Origin: Heteronotia binoei
Lineage: Eukaryota
Assembly (NCBI RefSeq): GCF_032191835.1
Contig: NC_083235.1
Span: forward strand, 74,896,001 to 74,960,000
Direction: 5' to 3'
Length of the DNA: 64,000 nt
Shown: positions 48,208-59,852 of the stretch, piece after piece
Position numbering within the stretch: position 1 is the first letter of the stretch
Layout of the letters: each line of letters opens with the position of its first letter
Notes under the pieces: model-generated
What the model saw: the letters and a program-made list of their open reading frames with translations, nothing else
The model's database searches: none
Told to the model about the DNA's origin: nothing
Position numbers and translations under genes: made by a program

Positions 48208-48348
48208 CAGGGGTGGCCAACGGTAGCTCTCCAGACTTTTTTTTTTTGCCTACAACTCCCATCAGCCCCAGCCATTGGCCATGCTGGCTGGGGCTGATGG
48301 GGGTTGTAGGCAAAAAAACATCTGGAGAGCTGCCGTTGGCCACCCCTG
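48208..48348. mobile_element. Palindromic hAT MITE (CAGGGGTGGCCAA TIR)
   Basis: Fully self-complementary; perfect TSD CTTTAGGG. Confidence 0.92.
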
Positions 48349-48912
48349 CTTTAGGGGGTTGATGCAGACACATGCTTGCAACATCTGTCACTGCACAAAG
48401 CCAATCAATAAGGCACACGCACGTCCCTATAACATCATCCTTTATTAGACACACTTCTCTCCACCCCACTATATAAGTACACACAATTCTTCATCTCGCT
48501 AAAACTACCAAAGAAATCTCTTCCCATGCTTTCAAGCATCTGTATCTATCATCAGTGATCAATTCACCCGCCATCCTCTAACCAAAACACACTCAATTTT
48601 TTGCTTAACTTCTCAATGTAGTGGGAAATTTGTAATGTTAAGGGCGATGCAGGCAAAAGAATAGTCAGTTTGTCACATATTCCACAGGGGTATAAACATT
48701 TTGGGTATTGTAACTACTATAAGGTGGGGGCTTGTGGCACTAGCCAACTGGCATAGCAGTAGCTGGCCTGGGTACTGTATACGATGATGTGGGCTCTCGT
48801 CTACAAAAGTGTATGTCACAAGAAATCTGTTAAGTCTTTAAGATGCCAAATGGCTCCTTTGTATTTTGTCACATGGTTTCAACTTCAGCAGGGTGCATTC
48901 CTTGGGCTCCTT

Positions 48913-49196
48913 GGAGAGCCAGTTTGGTGTGGTGGTTAAGTGTGCGGACCCTTATCTGGGAGAACTGGGTTTGATTCCCCACTCCTCCACTTGCACCTGC
49001 TAGCATGGCCTTGGGTCAGCCATAGCTCTGGCAGAGGTTGTCCTTGAAAGGGCAGCTGCTGGGAGAGCCCTCTCCAGCCCCACCCACCTCACAGGGTGTC
49101 TGTTGTGGGGGAGGAAGGTAAAGGAGATTGTGAGCCGCTCTGAGACTCTTCGGAGTGGAGGGCGGGATATAAATCCAATATCTTCTTCTTCTTCTT
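48913..49196 (+). mobile_element. Squam3-type SINE, full length
   Basis: Near-identical to 624-903. Confidence 0.88.
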
Positions 49197-49452
49197 TTCT
49201 TGAAACTGAAGTAAAATCACCTACAAAGGCCTTCACATGACACAAGAATTCTCTATTTCAGTTAATCCTGGAGATTCTTGAAATCATTTCTATATTTAAT
49301 GGGTATACCTTAAGAATCTGACTCAATTATTTTGCTTCTATATTTTTGAAGCTACACTCTGCTCAATCAGAATACTTGACATTTATCAGGCAAGAACAGC
49401 CTAACTTCTGCATTTCCACCCTGCCTACAATGTTAATAATTCAAGATATCAG

Positions 49453-49651
49453 CAGGGCTTTTTAAGAGCAGGAACGCACAGGAACGCAGTTCTGGCTGGC
49501 TTGGTGTCAGGCAGTATGACCTAATATGCAAATTAGTACCTGCTGGGTTTTTTACTACAAAAAGTCATGTGTGAAACAATGGTGACATCAGGGGGTGTGG
49601 CCTAATATGCAAATAAGCTCCTCCTGGGCGTTTTCTACAAGAAAAGCCCTG
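49453..49651. mobile_element. hAT MITE (CAGGGCTTTTT-type TIR)
   Basis: TSD GATATCAG/GATATCAA. Confidence 0.8.
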
Positions 49652-50044
49652 GATATCAATATCACCAAAATGGCTTGCTTAGCTGTACAAACAGAAGCAA
49701 CAGTGCAGAACTTATTTTTAAAAAACAAACATATCATCTTATCAATCTAGCAACAAGTATATTTTTAGATCTTTCACAAAAACTAGTTCAAGGCCTTATG
49801 GTACCATTTTCGTTATTACTCTTAAGTCCAGCATTGCATACATTATTAATTTTCAAAATTGCTCATTCAAGAAAATTGCACCATCTTACTACAACTAGAC
49901 CTTTTTTCCTAACTAGTTGCCTGAGCCCACTAATTGTTAAAATAACTTCCATGCCACCTAGCCGTGTCAAAAAGTGAATGAGGAAGTGTTGTTCAGTGGT
50001 TAGGATGCTGGATAGCGACTGGGGAAAACAAGGTTCACAGAATA

Positions 50045-50345
50045 ATAATAATAATTTTTAATTTATATCCCGCCCTCCCCGCCGAAGCAGGCTCAGGGCA
50101 GTTTACATAGCATAAAATACAAATATTACAATGATATAATAATAAAATACCCCAATTACATCATAATTATATTTCTCAATTAAATATACTGTTACATTTA
50201 AAACCAACAGTTAAAACTAACAATTTAAACCACAGATTAGTTTGGTGCGACGATCTTGATATAACACAGTTTTTATATGACGACGGTAACATTCCCCATT
50301 AAAAAGCCAGCTGGAAGAGGGTGGTCTTGCAGGCCCAGCGGAACT
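50045..50345 (-). mobile_element. L2 3' end fragment
   Basis: TTTATATCCCGCCCTCCCCGCCGAAGCAGGCTCAGGGC tail plus the end of ORF2 (AAAGCCAGCTGGAAGAGGGTGGTCTTGCAGGCCC). Confidence 0.8.
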
Positions 50346-51815
50346 GGGGACTAAATGAGCAGCTTCCTGCCCCAGACCTCAGTAAGTGGACATGAGGCAC
50401 AGCTGGCTTGCTGGTAGGCTGCAGGGCAAACGGAGCTGCAACTATATGCTGAAGGAAAAGACTTTTACCTCTTTTTCTCCATGCTGTATGGGAGAGTTGA
50501 AGAAGGGGCAGAGGAACTAGGAGTTCCCCACAAACTTTCCCCCAACTCTAATTTTATCTCATGTGCAGCTGTCAGGAGATCAGGACCCTTCAGACTGTAC
50601 AGAGTGTCCTTGAGTGGGAGGGTGTAATTAATTTGGATCAAAAGAACCACCTCCCAAGTAATCATTCATCTCCTCCCCCTAAAACTCTTTAATTACATTG
50701 TCTTAAAAGCCCAGGGTTCTAAAAGCCTATTGAAATCTTGGGTAAATTAGGTTTTGTGGATGAGCATCATATGGTAGACATCTCCCAACTGCAGCTGGCC
50801 TCATGAAAAAAATCAGGATCTGTAAGGATTCCAAAAATGATGAATGGATAACAGACTCGTTTTTCTAGATGAGCAATCTTATTATTTTCCCTCAAAATGA
50901 ACACAAGTCAGCCTTATACTCAGTCACATCTAATCCAATATTGTCTGTTCCATCTGGCAGCCATTATCCATGGCCTTGTGCAATGGTCTTTCCCAGTACT
51001 CCTACTATCCAAAATCCTTTAACTGGGATTCCAGGGACTGAAACTGGATCCTTCTTCATGCAAACCTTAGAACTGTGGATTTGCCCTGGAAACAGAGAGA
51101 GTACCCTATATTTTTAACTACTATCAACATCCTTCCTTCCTATGCAAGAAAATAACAATGCATTTTTGTGTTTCTTCAATTACAAGCATTTCTCCAAAGC
51201 ATACTGACTTTGGGCCAATGTACCTACCACTGTGCATGGCCAGCAGGTATTTTAGGACCTGGGCAGGATTATTTGTGCAACAAAGTGGTCACATGAACCA
51301 CTTAAGGAGCACCAGTTGCAGATTTTGCACTCTTGTTTAGAAAATATCATTGCCTAGTGATGCCGGACTCCCAGTAGGACCTGGGAATCCCCCAGAATCT
51401 CAGCTCATCTCCAGAATACAGAGATCAGTTCCCCTGGAGAAAATGGAGACTCTATGGCATTGTGCCTCACTGAGGTCCTTCCCAGGCTCCATCTCCAAAT
51501 CTCTGGCAGTTTCTCAACCTGGATCTGGCAAACCTTCCCCCATCCCCTGCCAGTGGCCAGGGGGGGACCTGGAGGCCTAGACGTGACAGAAGTGTTTCTG
51601 TGAAGACCAGCTTCTAAGGTACAGTATGTTGTGTGGTATTAAACACACACAAACCCAAACTTATAAACAACTGAAAATGAAACACTCACCCCCCTGCCCC
51701 CAGTGACATGAATGGCCTTGTTTCTTGGCTCAAGCCCTTGGGTCTTCTTTTTAACCTGTATTCCACACAATGCAAATGGGACAGCAACACCCCGACATAA
51801 AGTTATTTATTTGTG

Positions 51816-52390
51816 GACATATGAAGCTGCCTTATACTGAATCAGACCCTCGGTCCATCAAAGTCAGTATTGTCTACTCAGACTGGCAGCGGCTCTCCAG
51901 GGTCTCAAGCTGAGGTTGTTCACACCTATTTGCCTGGACCCTTTTTAGTTGGAGATACTTGGGGATTGAACCTGGGACCTTCTGCTTATCAAGCAGATGC
52001 TCTATGACTGAGCCACCATCCCTCCCTTGACTGGCAGTGGCTCTCCAGGGTCTCAAGCTGAGGTTGTTCACACCGATTTGCCTGGACCCTTTTTAGTTGG
52101 AGATGCCGGGGATTGAACCTGGGACCTTCTGCTTCCCAAGCAGATGCTCTACCACTAAGCCACCGTCCCTCCCTTATCATATGAACATATGAAGCTGCCT
52201 TATACTGAACCAGACCCTTGGTCCATCAAAGTCAGTATTGTCTTCTCAGACTGGCAGTGGCTCTCCAGGGTCTCAAGCTGAGGTTTTTCACACCTACTTG
52301 CCTGGACCCTTTTTTGGAGATGCCAGGGATTGAACCTGGGACCTTCTGCTTCCCAAGCAGATGCTCTACCACTGAGCCACCGTCCCTCCC
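51816..52390 (-). mobile_element. Three head-to-tail tRNA-Ala-derived SINE units
   Basis: Units 51816-52026, 52029-52173 (tail missing) and 52178-52390. Confidence 0.88.
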
Positions 52391-53521
52391 CAAAGTAGAG
52401 TGCCTCGATAGTGGATAAGAATTTTGGGGCGCACCCCATTGTTTGTAAAACTGCCAATAAGTACTTAGGTTCGACCCTGCCAAAAGCCTTTCCATCTATT
52501 ACCTTCTCTCTGACAATGACAAACTAAAGCCAAACTAAAGCTGTTCTATATATTAAAAGATTCTTACTTAAACTAGATTTTGTTTCTTTTAGCAACATTG
52601 CAAATTTTCATAATATAACAACAACAAAAAACCCACCTTATACTATTCCGGTGGGGGGGGGGAATCAAGTCACTGTATTTTTTCTTCTTACGCCTGATAG
52701 TTGCCATGGACACCAGACACCAGAAAACTTTGTATGTATCTGTCTCTAATTAGCCACCCCCACACTGCACCATGGCAACACAGCTAATATTGTCCTCTTA
52801 AGATTACTGGATTGTTTTTTATTATTATAGCATATAGTTTTTTAACTCGTTCTGGAAGGGTTAGCAGTTTCTTAAAAAGGGACATGGTAGAATGCCTTTT
52901 ATTTTATTGTTTTTAAGGAATGAAGAACAAAGTTCGTACTATAATCAAATATGATAAGGGGATCTCGTCACACATCTGCTGGCTCTTGTGACCCAACGTA
53001 CCAGTGAGGTTTTTATCTCTTTCCCATGTTCTGTTTTGTATTGTACGAGAGTGACTTAAACAAACTCAAATAAGGTTCACTTGCTGCAAAGCTGTTTCAC
53101 AGGGGATATGTTTGCCTCTAGCAAACACCTCCTCTGATTTACAACAGTAAATTGCCAGCTACTCTGCATTGGACAGGAGACATGAAAAAAGCATGTATGT
53201 ACACTAACTTATCCCGTTTTACTCCATCCAGGAGAGTGTCCTGGGCCCACAGCTTTCATTGACAAACTACTTCATAGCCTGCTTTAAGAATATTTTCTCA
53301 TATATATTTTTTTCCCTAGCAGTGTGCATTCTATGCCATTAGGACACCACCAAAAATACTTGGGAAAAGCACTGCTATTTGGAGAAATTTGAACTCGCAA
53401 GGGTGGAATCACACAGTCATAGTGCCTTTCCTGCTGGCCATTTCTGCTGATCAACTACAGGACTAGGAACAGGTGCTCAGAAGAACTCAAGCAAGCTAGC
53501 CAGTTGTTGTACAACCTGTTA

Positions 53522-53640
53522 AAAGGTAAAGATAGTCCCTTGTGCAAGCACCAGTTGTTTCCGACTCTGGGGTGACGTTGCTTTCACAACGTTTTCATGG
53601 CAGTCTTTTTACGGGATGGTTTGTCATTGCACAACCTGTT
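53522..53640 (-). mobile_element. Sauria SINE 3' tail fragment
   Basis: GGTAAAGATAGTCCCTTGTGCAAGCACCAG...GTTTTCATGGCAG. Confidence 0.8.
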
Positions 53641-54242
53641 ATACAGCCCTTATTGTTCTCTTTACTTACACTCTTTTCTCCTTCATTTCTTCCAACAGCC
53701 CAAAAAGACACATTTATCCAAAATACGTCACAGTGATGTCAATGATGCTTACTCCAACATAATTGTGCACAGAACACTCATAACCTTACTTCCCTTGATC
53801 TAATTCATTCTTTAGTACCAAGATTTGACATCTTCCTGCACTGCATCTCCAGTTTTATTCATATAACTCAGCTTTTTCTCACACGTGTTTTACCAACTCA
53901 GCTGGCTGATGAGGAACCTCTTGTAACTTCTTCAGTCTTATACACCTAGATTGTGTTCCTCAAAGTCTCCATGCTTAAACCAGAATGATGGTAATAGAAA
54001 TGAAGCCTAAGCATTCCTCCTTTCAACAACATATGTTACTGTCAATAGGAAAACCTAGAAACAATGAAGTGAGTTTCACAAATTCAAATTTTCTGGCCCT
54101 CTAGGCAGTGACATCAAACAACCCTCTCTTACATATGTTCAAAGGTTACAGTTTGCATATTCTTAGCAATAGCACAACCACTGTTCTTAGTATGGAAGAA
54201 GGAGAGTGAAGACAGATTGTTCTACCATATAATAATCAAGAA

Positions 54243-54829
54243 CAGGCCCGGTGGTACCAAGTGGGCCAGGCAAGCGGCCACCTAGGGCACCACTTGGACT
54301 ACAGGGGTGACAGGCATCCCCTCCCCCCTCTCTCCACATGCGGCCTCCCTTCCTGCACATAAATGCAGAGGCTAGCGGCAAGAGGCAGTGCAGCCGGAAG
54401 GAAGCAGTGTGCCCGCCCAACCTCACCGCTCTTGGCTCCTCCTCATCGCCGCTTTCAGCCAGAGGAGCTTCTCGCCACCACTGCCAAAGGAGGGAGGGAG
54501 GGAGGAAGGAAGGCTGGCAGGCAGGCAGTGGCAAGAAGAGGAGCTGCAGGCAGCAGCCACCCAGTCCTTCCTGACGGGGGCGGTGGTGCAGTGGCAGGGA
54601 TGTTCCCCGTCTTAGCAAGCCAACTGAGGGCAGGGGTGCCCTTGGCTCAAGTCCACTGCCACTGCACTCACCCTCGCTGCCTCCAGCCCCCCCTCCCAGG
54701 TGCAGGCTTCGGTGAGTTGCAAAGCCTTGGCTTGGTGTGCAGGTGTGGGGGGGAAGGAAGGGCATGCCGGGCAGGCGGCGGGGCGGGAGGGCCTTGCCTG
54801 GGGTGGCAGAACTGCTAGTGCTGACCCTG
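54243..54829. mobile_element. GC-rich hAT MITE (CAGGGCCGG-type TIR)
   Basis: TSD ATCAAGAA/ATCATGAA; related to 62112-62540. Confidence 0.7.
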
Positions 54830-55059
54830 ATCATGAAGCATGTGATGCAATTTCAGCATGATCTTAAGCACAGGGAAATTTTAGGGGGCCTAAGTAGCAG
54901 ACCCAAAATGCAAACAGGTATATATGAACAGTTGGCTGTAATATAATTTTTGTTCTTAAAAAAGACAGGAATGAATGGAACAAAAAGGTAGAAGGTGTCA
55001 TTCTGGTGGGCATTAAACGTCATGCTCTCAAAAAATATTTAGTTTCTACACTACCTACA

Positions 55060-55553
55060 CAGGGGTGTCAAATGTGCGGCCCACAGGCCAAATCAGGCCC
55101 CCGGAGGGCTCTTATCAGGCCTGTGAGTAAGACTGCTTCCTTCTCCCTCTCTTGCTTCTTTCAGTTATCACAGACTGTTAAATAAAATATTGCAAGAGTG
55201 CTAATCTCTTAAGCATGTTTTATTTAAAGTTTTTTTTTCTGAATTCCTATGTGAGACAAGATTCTGGACTAGATGGACTATTGGTCCAATTCAGCAAAGC
55301 CCTTCTTATGTTCTTATGTAGACCTCAGCCTCTATACCGTGTTGTTGACCATCCAGAGGAACTAGTTGGCCACTGTGTGAGACAAGATGGAAGGTTTTCT
55401 TTAAAAAAAAAAAGTCTTTGTGCTTGTCTATGTCCTTTATAAAGTTTATATCTCCACTGTCTAACATTACATTTTATGACACACACAGTCCGGCCTGACA
55501 AGGTCTCATTTATGTCAGATCTGGTCCTCATAACAAATGAGTTTGACACCCCT
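55060..55553. mobile_element. hAT MITE (CAGGGGTGTC TIR) with an internal CR1 tail fragment
   Basis: CAGGGGTGTCAAA...TTTGACACCCCT; CR1-like CTTCTTATGTTCTTATG at about 55255-55318. Confidence 0.7.
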
Positions 55554-56875
55554 CACCTAAAGCATAAGCTTTGCACACTAACCAATAATACAACTACATT
55601 CTCACATCATGACAAGCCTCTGTAACAAGTGCAAATATTGGCTGTTTGCCATGCTGGTCCACTCCCTCCTTTCTCCTCCTCCATGTCTCCTCTAGCACAA
55701 CTGGAAGCTTGCAGGCTTAGGAAGGCTTTAATAAAACTCCAGTTTGCTAGAAGGCCTGAATACTGATTTTCCTTCCTCCCTGCAAGCCAGGATTTTAAAC
55801 ATCGGAAGGCAATGGCAAACAAAAGTCTCTTGCCTTGAAAACCCTATATGGTCACCATAAATCGGTTGCAACCTCACAGCACTTCACACCCACACACAGG
55901 GGTTATAATCCCACTATACAGGGAGGAAACCATCTCCAGTTTGCCCACCATAGGGATGCAAGCCTCCAGGTGGGGCTTGGGGATCTCCCAGTATTACAAC
56001 TAATTTTCAAACTACAGAGATCACTTCCCTCGGAGAAAAGCACGGGTATCAAACATAGTTGCCCAGGGGACAGAACTGGCCTGCCCAGGGCTCTTATCTG
56101 GCTCGTGGGCAACTGCTGTGAAGGAGGCAATAGGAGGCTGCTTTGGGGGGTGGTATCAGTGGGCAGAGCAATTGTGGCTTCAGTACAATGGAACAACCTT
56201 GTCTGCAGCAGTCAAGCACAATCCCTTCACTTCAAGAGCAGCCTCCCTGATAAGCTGGGAGTCACTGTAGCTGCATTCATGCCAGCTCAGGGGCCCAAGG
56301 AGAGGTCACGTGCCTCTTCACTTGGCCTGTAGCTCCATGGATGCAGTCCTGGATGGCTGCAGGGATCAGCATTTGCATGTGGGGAACGCAGAGAATCCTC
56401 TGCTGAAGCCACCACCGTACTTGCACTCCCCCCCCCCCCCCAGCAGCTTTGCTTTGGCCCATGGGAAGCAATTTCCTGCAGTTCCTTCCACACATCAGGG
56501 GCTTAGTCCTACTACCAAGCATGCAGCTCATCAGCCTGGCCTCCCTCCCCCATGGAACATCCAGAAGCCTTCATCGGCAGATACCACACGGGGGGGGGGG
56601 CAGTGCTGGCAATCTCCAGCCTGGGTGGCCTAGGGCCTCTGCCACACAAGCAGCTTTCTGGGCGCAGTGCCCCCTCCCCCATCAGATGCTCTGGCAGCCT
56701 TCAGCCTGGGTGGCTGTTGTTGCACGGGAGTGGCATCACTTGCCAATGATCTCTGGCTTGAACTCCCAATACTGCCCGGCATTGGATCACCTGCCAGCCT
56801 CGGCTGGAAGTGGCAGCTGCTGCATGGGTGTCTCCAGCTTATCAGGCTTTGCTTGGTCTGGGTCCCATCATGCAT

Positions 56876-58115
56876 TGCGGAGTGCCTCAGGGGGCAGTCC
56901 TCTCCCCGATGCTGTTTAACATCTTTATGCGCCCCCTTGCCCAGATTGCACGGAGGTATGGGCTGGGTTGCCATCAATATGCAGATGACACCCAGCTCTA
57001 TCTATTGATGGACGGCCGGGCTGGTGATGTCCCAGCAAATTTGGACCGGGCACTACAAGCCGTGGCTGACTGGCTCAGGCTGAGCGGGCTGAAGTTGAAT
57101 CCGGCGAAGACTGAGGTCCTTTGCGTGGGCCGCGGCGGACCGGGAGGGGAGACTACTTTACCGGCCTTTGACGGTGTGCCACTGGTACCGGTGCGCAAAG
57201 TCAAGAGCCTGGGGGTGCTACTGGAGTCCTCCCTATCAATGGAGGCCCAAGTAGCTGCCACTGCTAGATCCGCCTTCTTCTATCTCAAGAGGGCGAGGCA
57301 GTTGGCCCCCTTCCTGGAACGCACCGACCTGGCAACTGTGATCCACGCAACGGTCACTTCGAGGTTAGACTACTGCAATGCCCTCTACATGGGGCTGCCC
57401 TTGTACCGAACACGGAGACTCCAGGTAGTCCAGAACGCGGCGGCCAGGCTGCTGGAGGGACTACCACGGTGGGAGCCTGCACGGCCTGGGCTGCGCAATC
57501 TGCACTGGCTGCCGGTTGTCTACCGTGTTCGCTATAAGGTGCTGGTTATTACCTTTAAAGCCCTATATGGCCGAGGACCTGCCTACCTAAAGGACCGCCT
57601 CTCCCCATATGTACCCCGGAGAGCACTGAGGTCTGGCTCTCAGAACTTATTAACAATCCCTGGGCCAAGAGAAGTTAGGTTGAAGGCCACTAGGGAGCAG
57701 GCCTTCTCGGTGATAGCCCCTCGCTGGTGGAACGACCTCCCAGAGATGGTGCGAGCCCTGCGGGATCTGAACCAATTCCGCAGGGCTTGCAAAACATTTC
57801 TTTTTCAGTTAGCATTTGAGTCACCATGTGGCAACTAAGACGGAACCTGATTAATGAATGAACAGACACTTAACCATCTTAAATACATCATTTTAGCACC
57901 TATTTTTATATCTTATATGTTTATATGTTTTTATGTATTTTAAATAATTTATTGTAATTAATGTTTAAGTTGTTATGTTTTATGAATCACGGGACTCCCA
58001 TGTCTATTATTGTTTAATGTGAATCATGAGACTCCCGTGTCTGTTAGCCGCCCTGAGCCCGCCTAGCGGGGAGGGCGGGATATAAAAATAAAATATTATT
58101 ATTATTATTATTATT
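56876..58115 (+). mobile_element. Young 5'-truncated L2 LINE (RT C-terminal half, 3' UTR, (ATT)n tail)
   Basis: Uninterrupted CGVPQGAVLSPMLFNIFM...HQYADDTQLY...LKLNPAKTE...VKSLGV...SRLDYCNALY...LHWLPV...FKTFLF; TSD ATGCAT at 56870-56875 and 58116-58121. Confidence 0.95.
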
Positions 58116-58592
58116 ATGCATGTGGCCTTGCACCTGGGCTACCATGCCCCTGCAGGTGGGGAGGTTCGTTCAACTTGTCTTCTCAGTCCCCTTCCATGGC
58201 AGCTCGGACACAAGGGAGAGCTTGCATCACCCAGCCGTTTTGTGTTTTTACCCTGGGGCCTGGGCTCAAAGCACTGGCAGTGAAAGCAGGCTTGCCCCCC
58301 TCCAGGCAGTGCAGGGTGTCTGCCCAGTGCTGCAGTTGGTCTCTGATCCGCTCATGTGGATTTTCCTCTGCACACACATCTCCCAGCCTATGGGGTGGGG
58401 CTACCATTCCCTAGGTCCTGGCGGGGCATCCCCTGGCTTTTGGAGCTTCTACCCACCACCAGCCATGTGGTCGGTGGAGGAAACCCCACCCCCACAAACT
58501 GACATCACACATCTATCAGGGCTGCTCCCACCCCATTTTTAAAAACCACCTGTTGATTTTAGCCAAGCAAAGTGTGCTTATTCATCTTGCCA

Positions 58593-58878
58593 GGAGAGCC
58601 AGTTTGGTGTAGTGGTTAAGTGTGTGGACTCTTATCTGGGAGAACCGGGTTCGATTCCCCACTCCTCCACTTGCACCTGCTGGAATGGCTTTGGGTCAGC
58701 CAGAGCTCTGGCTGAGGTTGTCCTTGAAAAGGTAGCTGCTGTGAGAGCCCTCTCTAGCCCCAACTACCTCACAGGGTGTCTGTTGTGGGGGAGGAAGGGA
58801 AAGGAGATTGTGAGCCGCTCTGAGACTCTTCGGAGTGGAGGGCGGGATATAAATCCAATATCATCTTCTTCTTCTTCT
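58593..58878 (+). mobile_element. Squam3-type SINE, full length
   Basis: Near-identical to 624-903; TCTTGCC on both flanks. Confidence 0.88.
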
Positions 58879-59437
58879 TGCCCTGGCAGGGGCTCTCCCC
58901 TCTCTCCTCCAGGCCACTTGCACAGGGAGCCCAACTCCGCTAGCTGCTCGATCTCTCAGTGGCCAGGGCCTTGCTCTGCTGAGGCGGCCCCTGGGACTTC
59001 CCTCGCTGGTTGACTACGCAGGAAGGAGGGAACCCTGTGCTTCCTTCCTTTCACTGCCTCCTCCTGCAGGCTAGCAAACAAGAAGGAATAAAGGAAATGT
59101 TAGGCAGACAATCACCGCCTAGCCACATGCCACATGCTTCCTTCCCCTCTGCTGCCTCCTCCTCCTGTGGGCTGGCAAGAGAGGAAGAAGGGGGAAGCCA
59201 TGGTGAAGGAGAAGCCCAGCAGACAGTTGCTGCCCAGCTGCGTACCCCACGCTTCCTTCTCCTCAACCAACACCTCCTTCTGCTGGCTGGCAAGCAAAGG
59301 GGGAGCCATGGTGAAGGAAAAGCCTGGCGGACAGCTGCCACCCACCCGTGCACCCCACATTTCTTTCCCCACCGCTGCACCTCCTCCTGGCGAGTGAGGG
59401 GGAGCTGCTGTGAAGAAGAAGCCCAGCAGGCAGTCAC

Positions 59438-59852
59438 TTATCCTCTGCTGCTGCCTCCTACTGCGTTTCCTTACCCTTTGCTTCTGCCTCCTACTGCGTT
59501 TCCTTATCCTCTGCTGCTGCCTCCTACTGCGTTTCCTTACTTTTTGCTGCTGCCTCCTACTGCATTTCCTTATCCTCTGCTGCTGCCTCCTACTGCGTTT
59601 CCTTATCCTCTGCTGCTGCCTCCTACTGCATTTCCTTACCCTTTGCTGCTGCCTCCTACTGCGTTTCCTTATCCTCTGCTGCTGCCTCCTACTGCGTTTC
59701 CTTATCCTCTGCTGCTGCCTCCTACTGCGTTTCCTTATCCTCTGCTGCTGCCTCCTACTGCGTTTCCTTATCCTCTGCTGCTGCCTCCTATTGCGTTTCC
59801 TTATCCTCTGCTGCTGCCTCCTATTGCGTTTCCTTACCCTTTGCTTCTGCCT
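59438..59852. repeat. 33-bp minisatellite, about 12.5 units
   Basis: Unit CTTATCCTCTGCTGCTGCCTCCTACTGCGTTTC with few variants. Confidence 0.97.

Noticed and set aside
54187-54834. 215-aa GC-rich ORF and similar ORFs at 32200-33100, 56200-57000 and 62100-62540
   Set aside because: They lie in GC-rich repeat interiors (TIR/TSD-bounded at 54243 and 62112), have no SH3 or other motif, and are not GAS7 exon 1.
59438-59852. 33-bp repeat array as a CRISPR
   Set aside because: Units are directly adjacent with no unique spacers, there are no cas genes, and the DNA is vertebrate.
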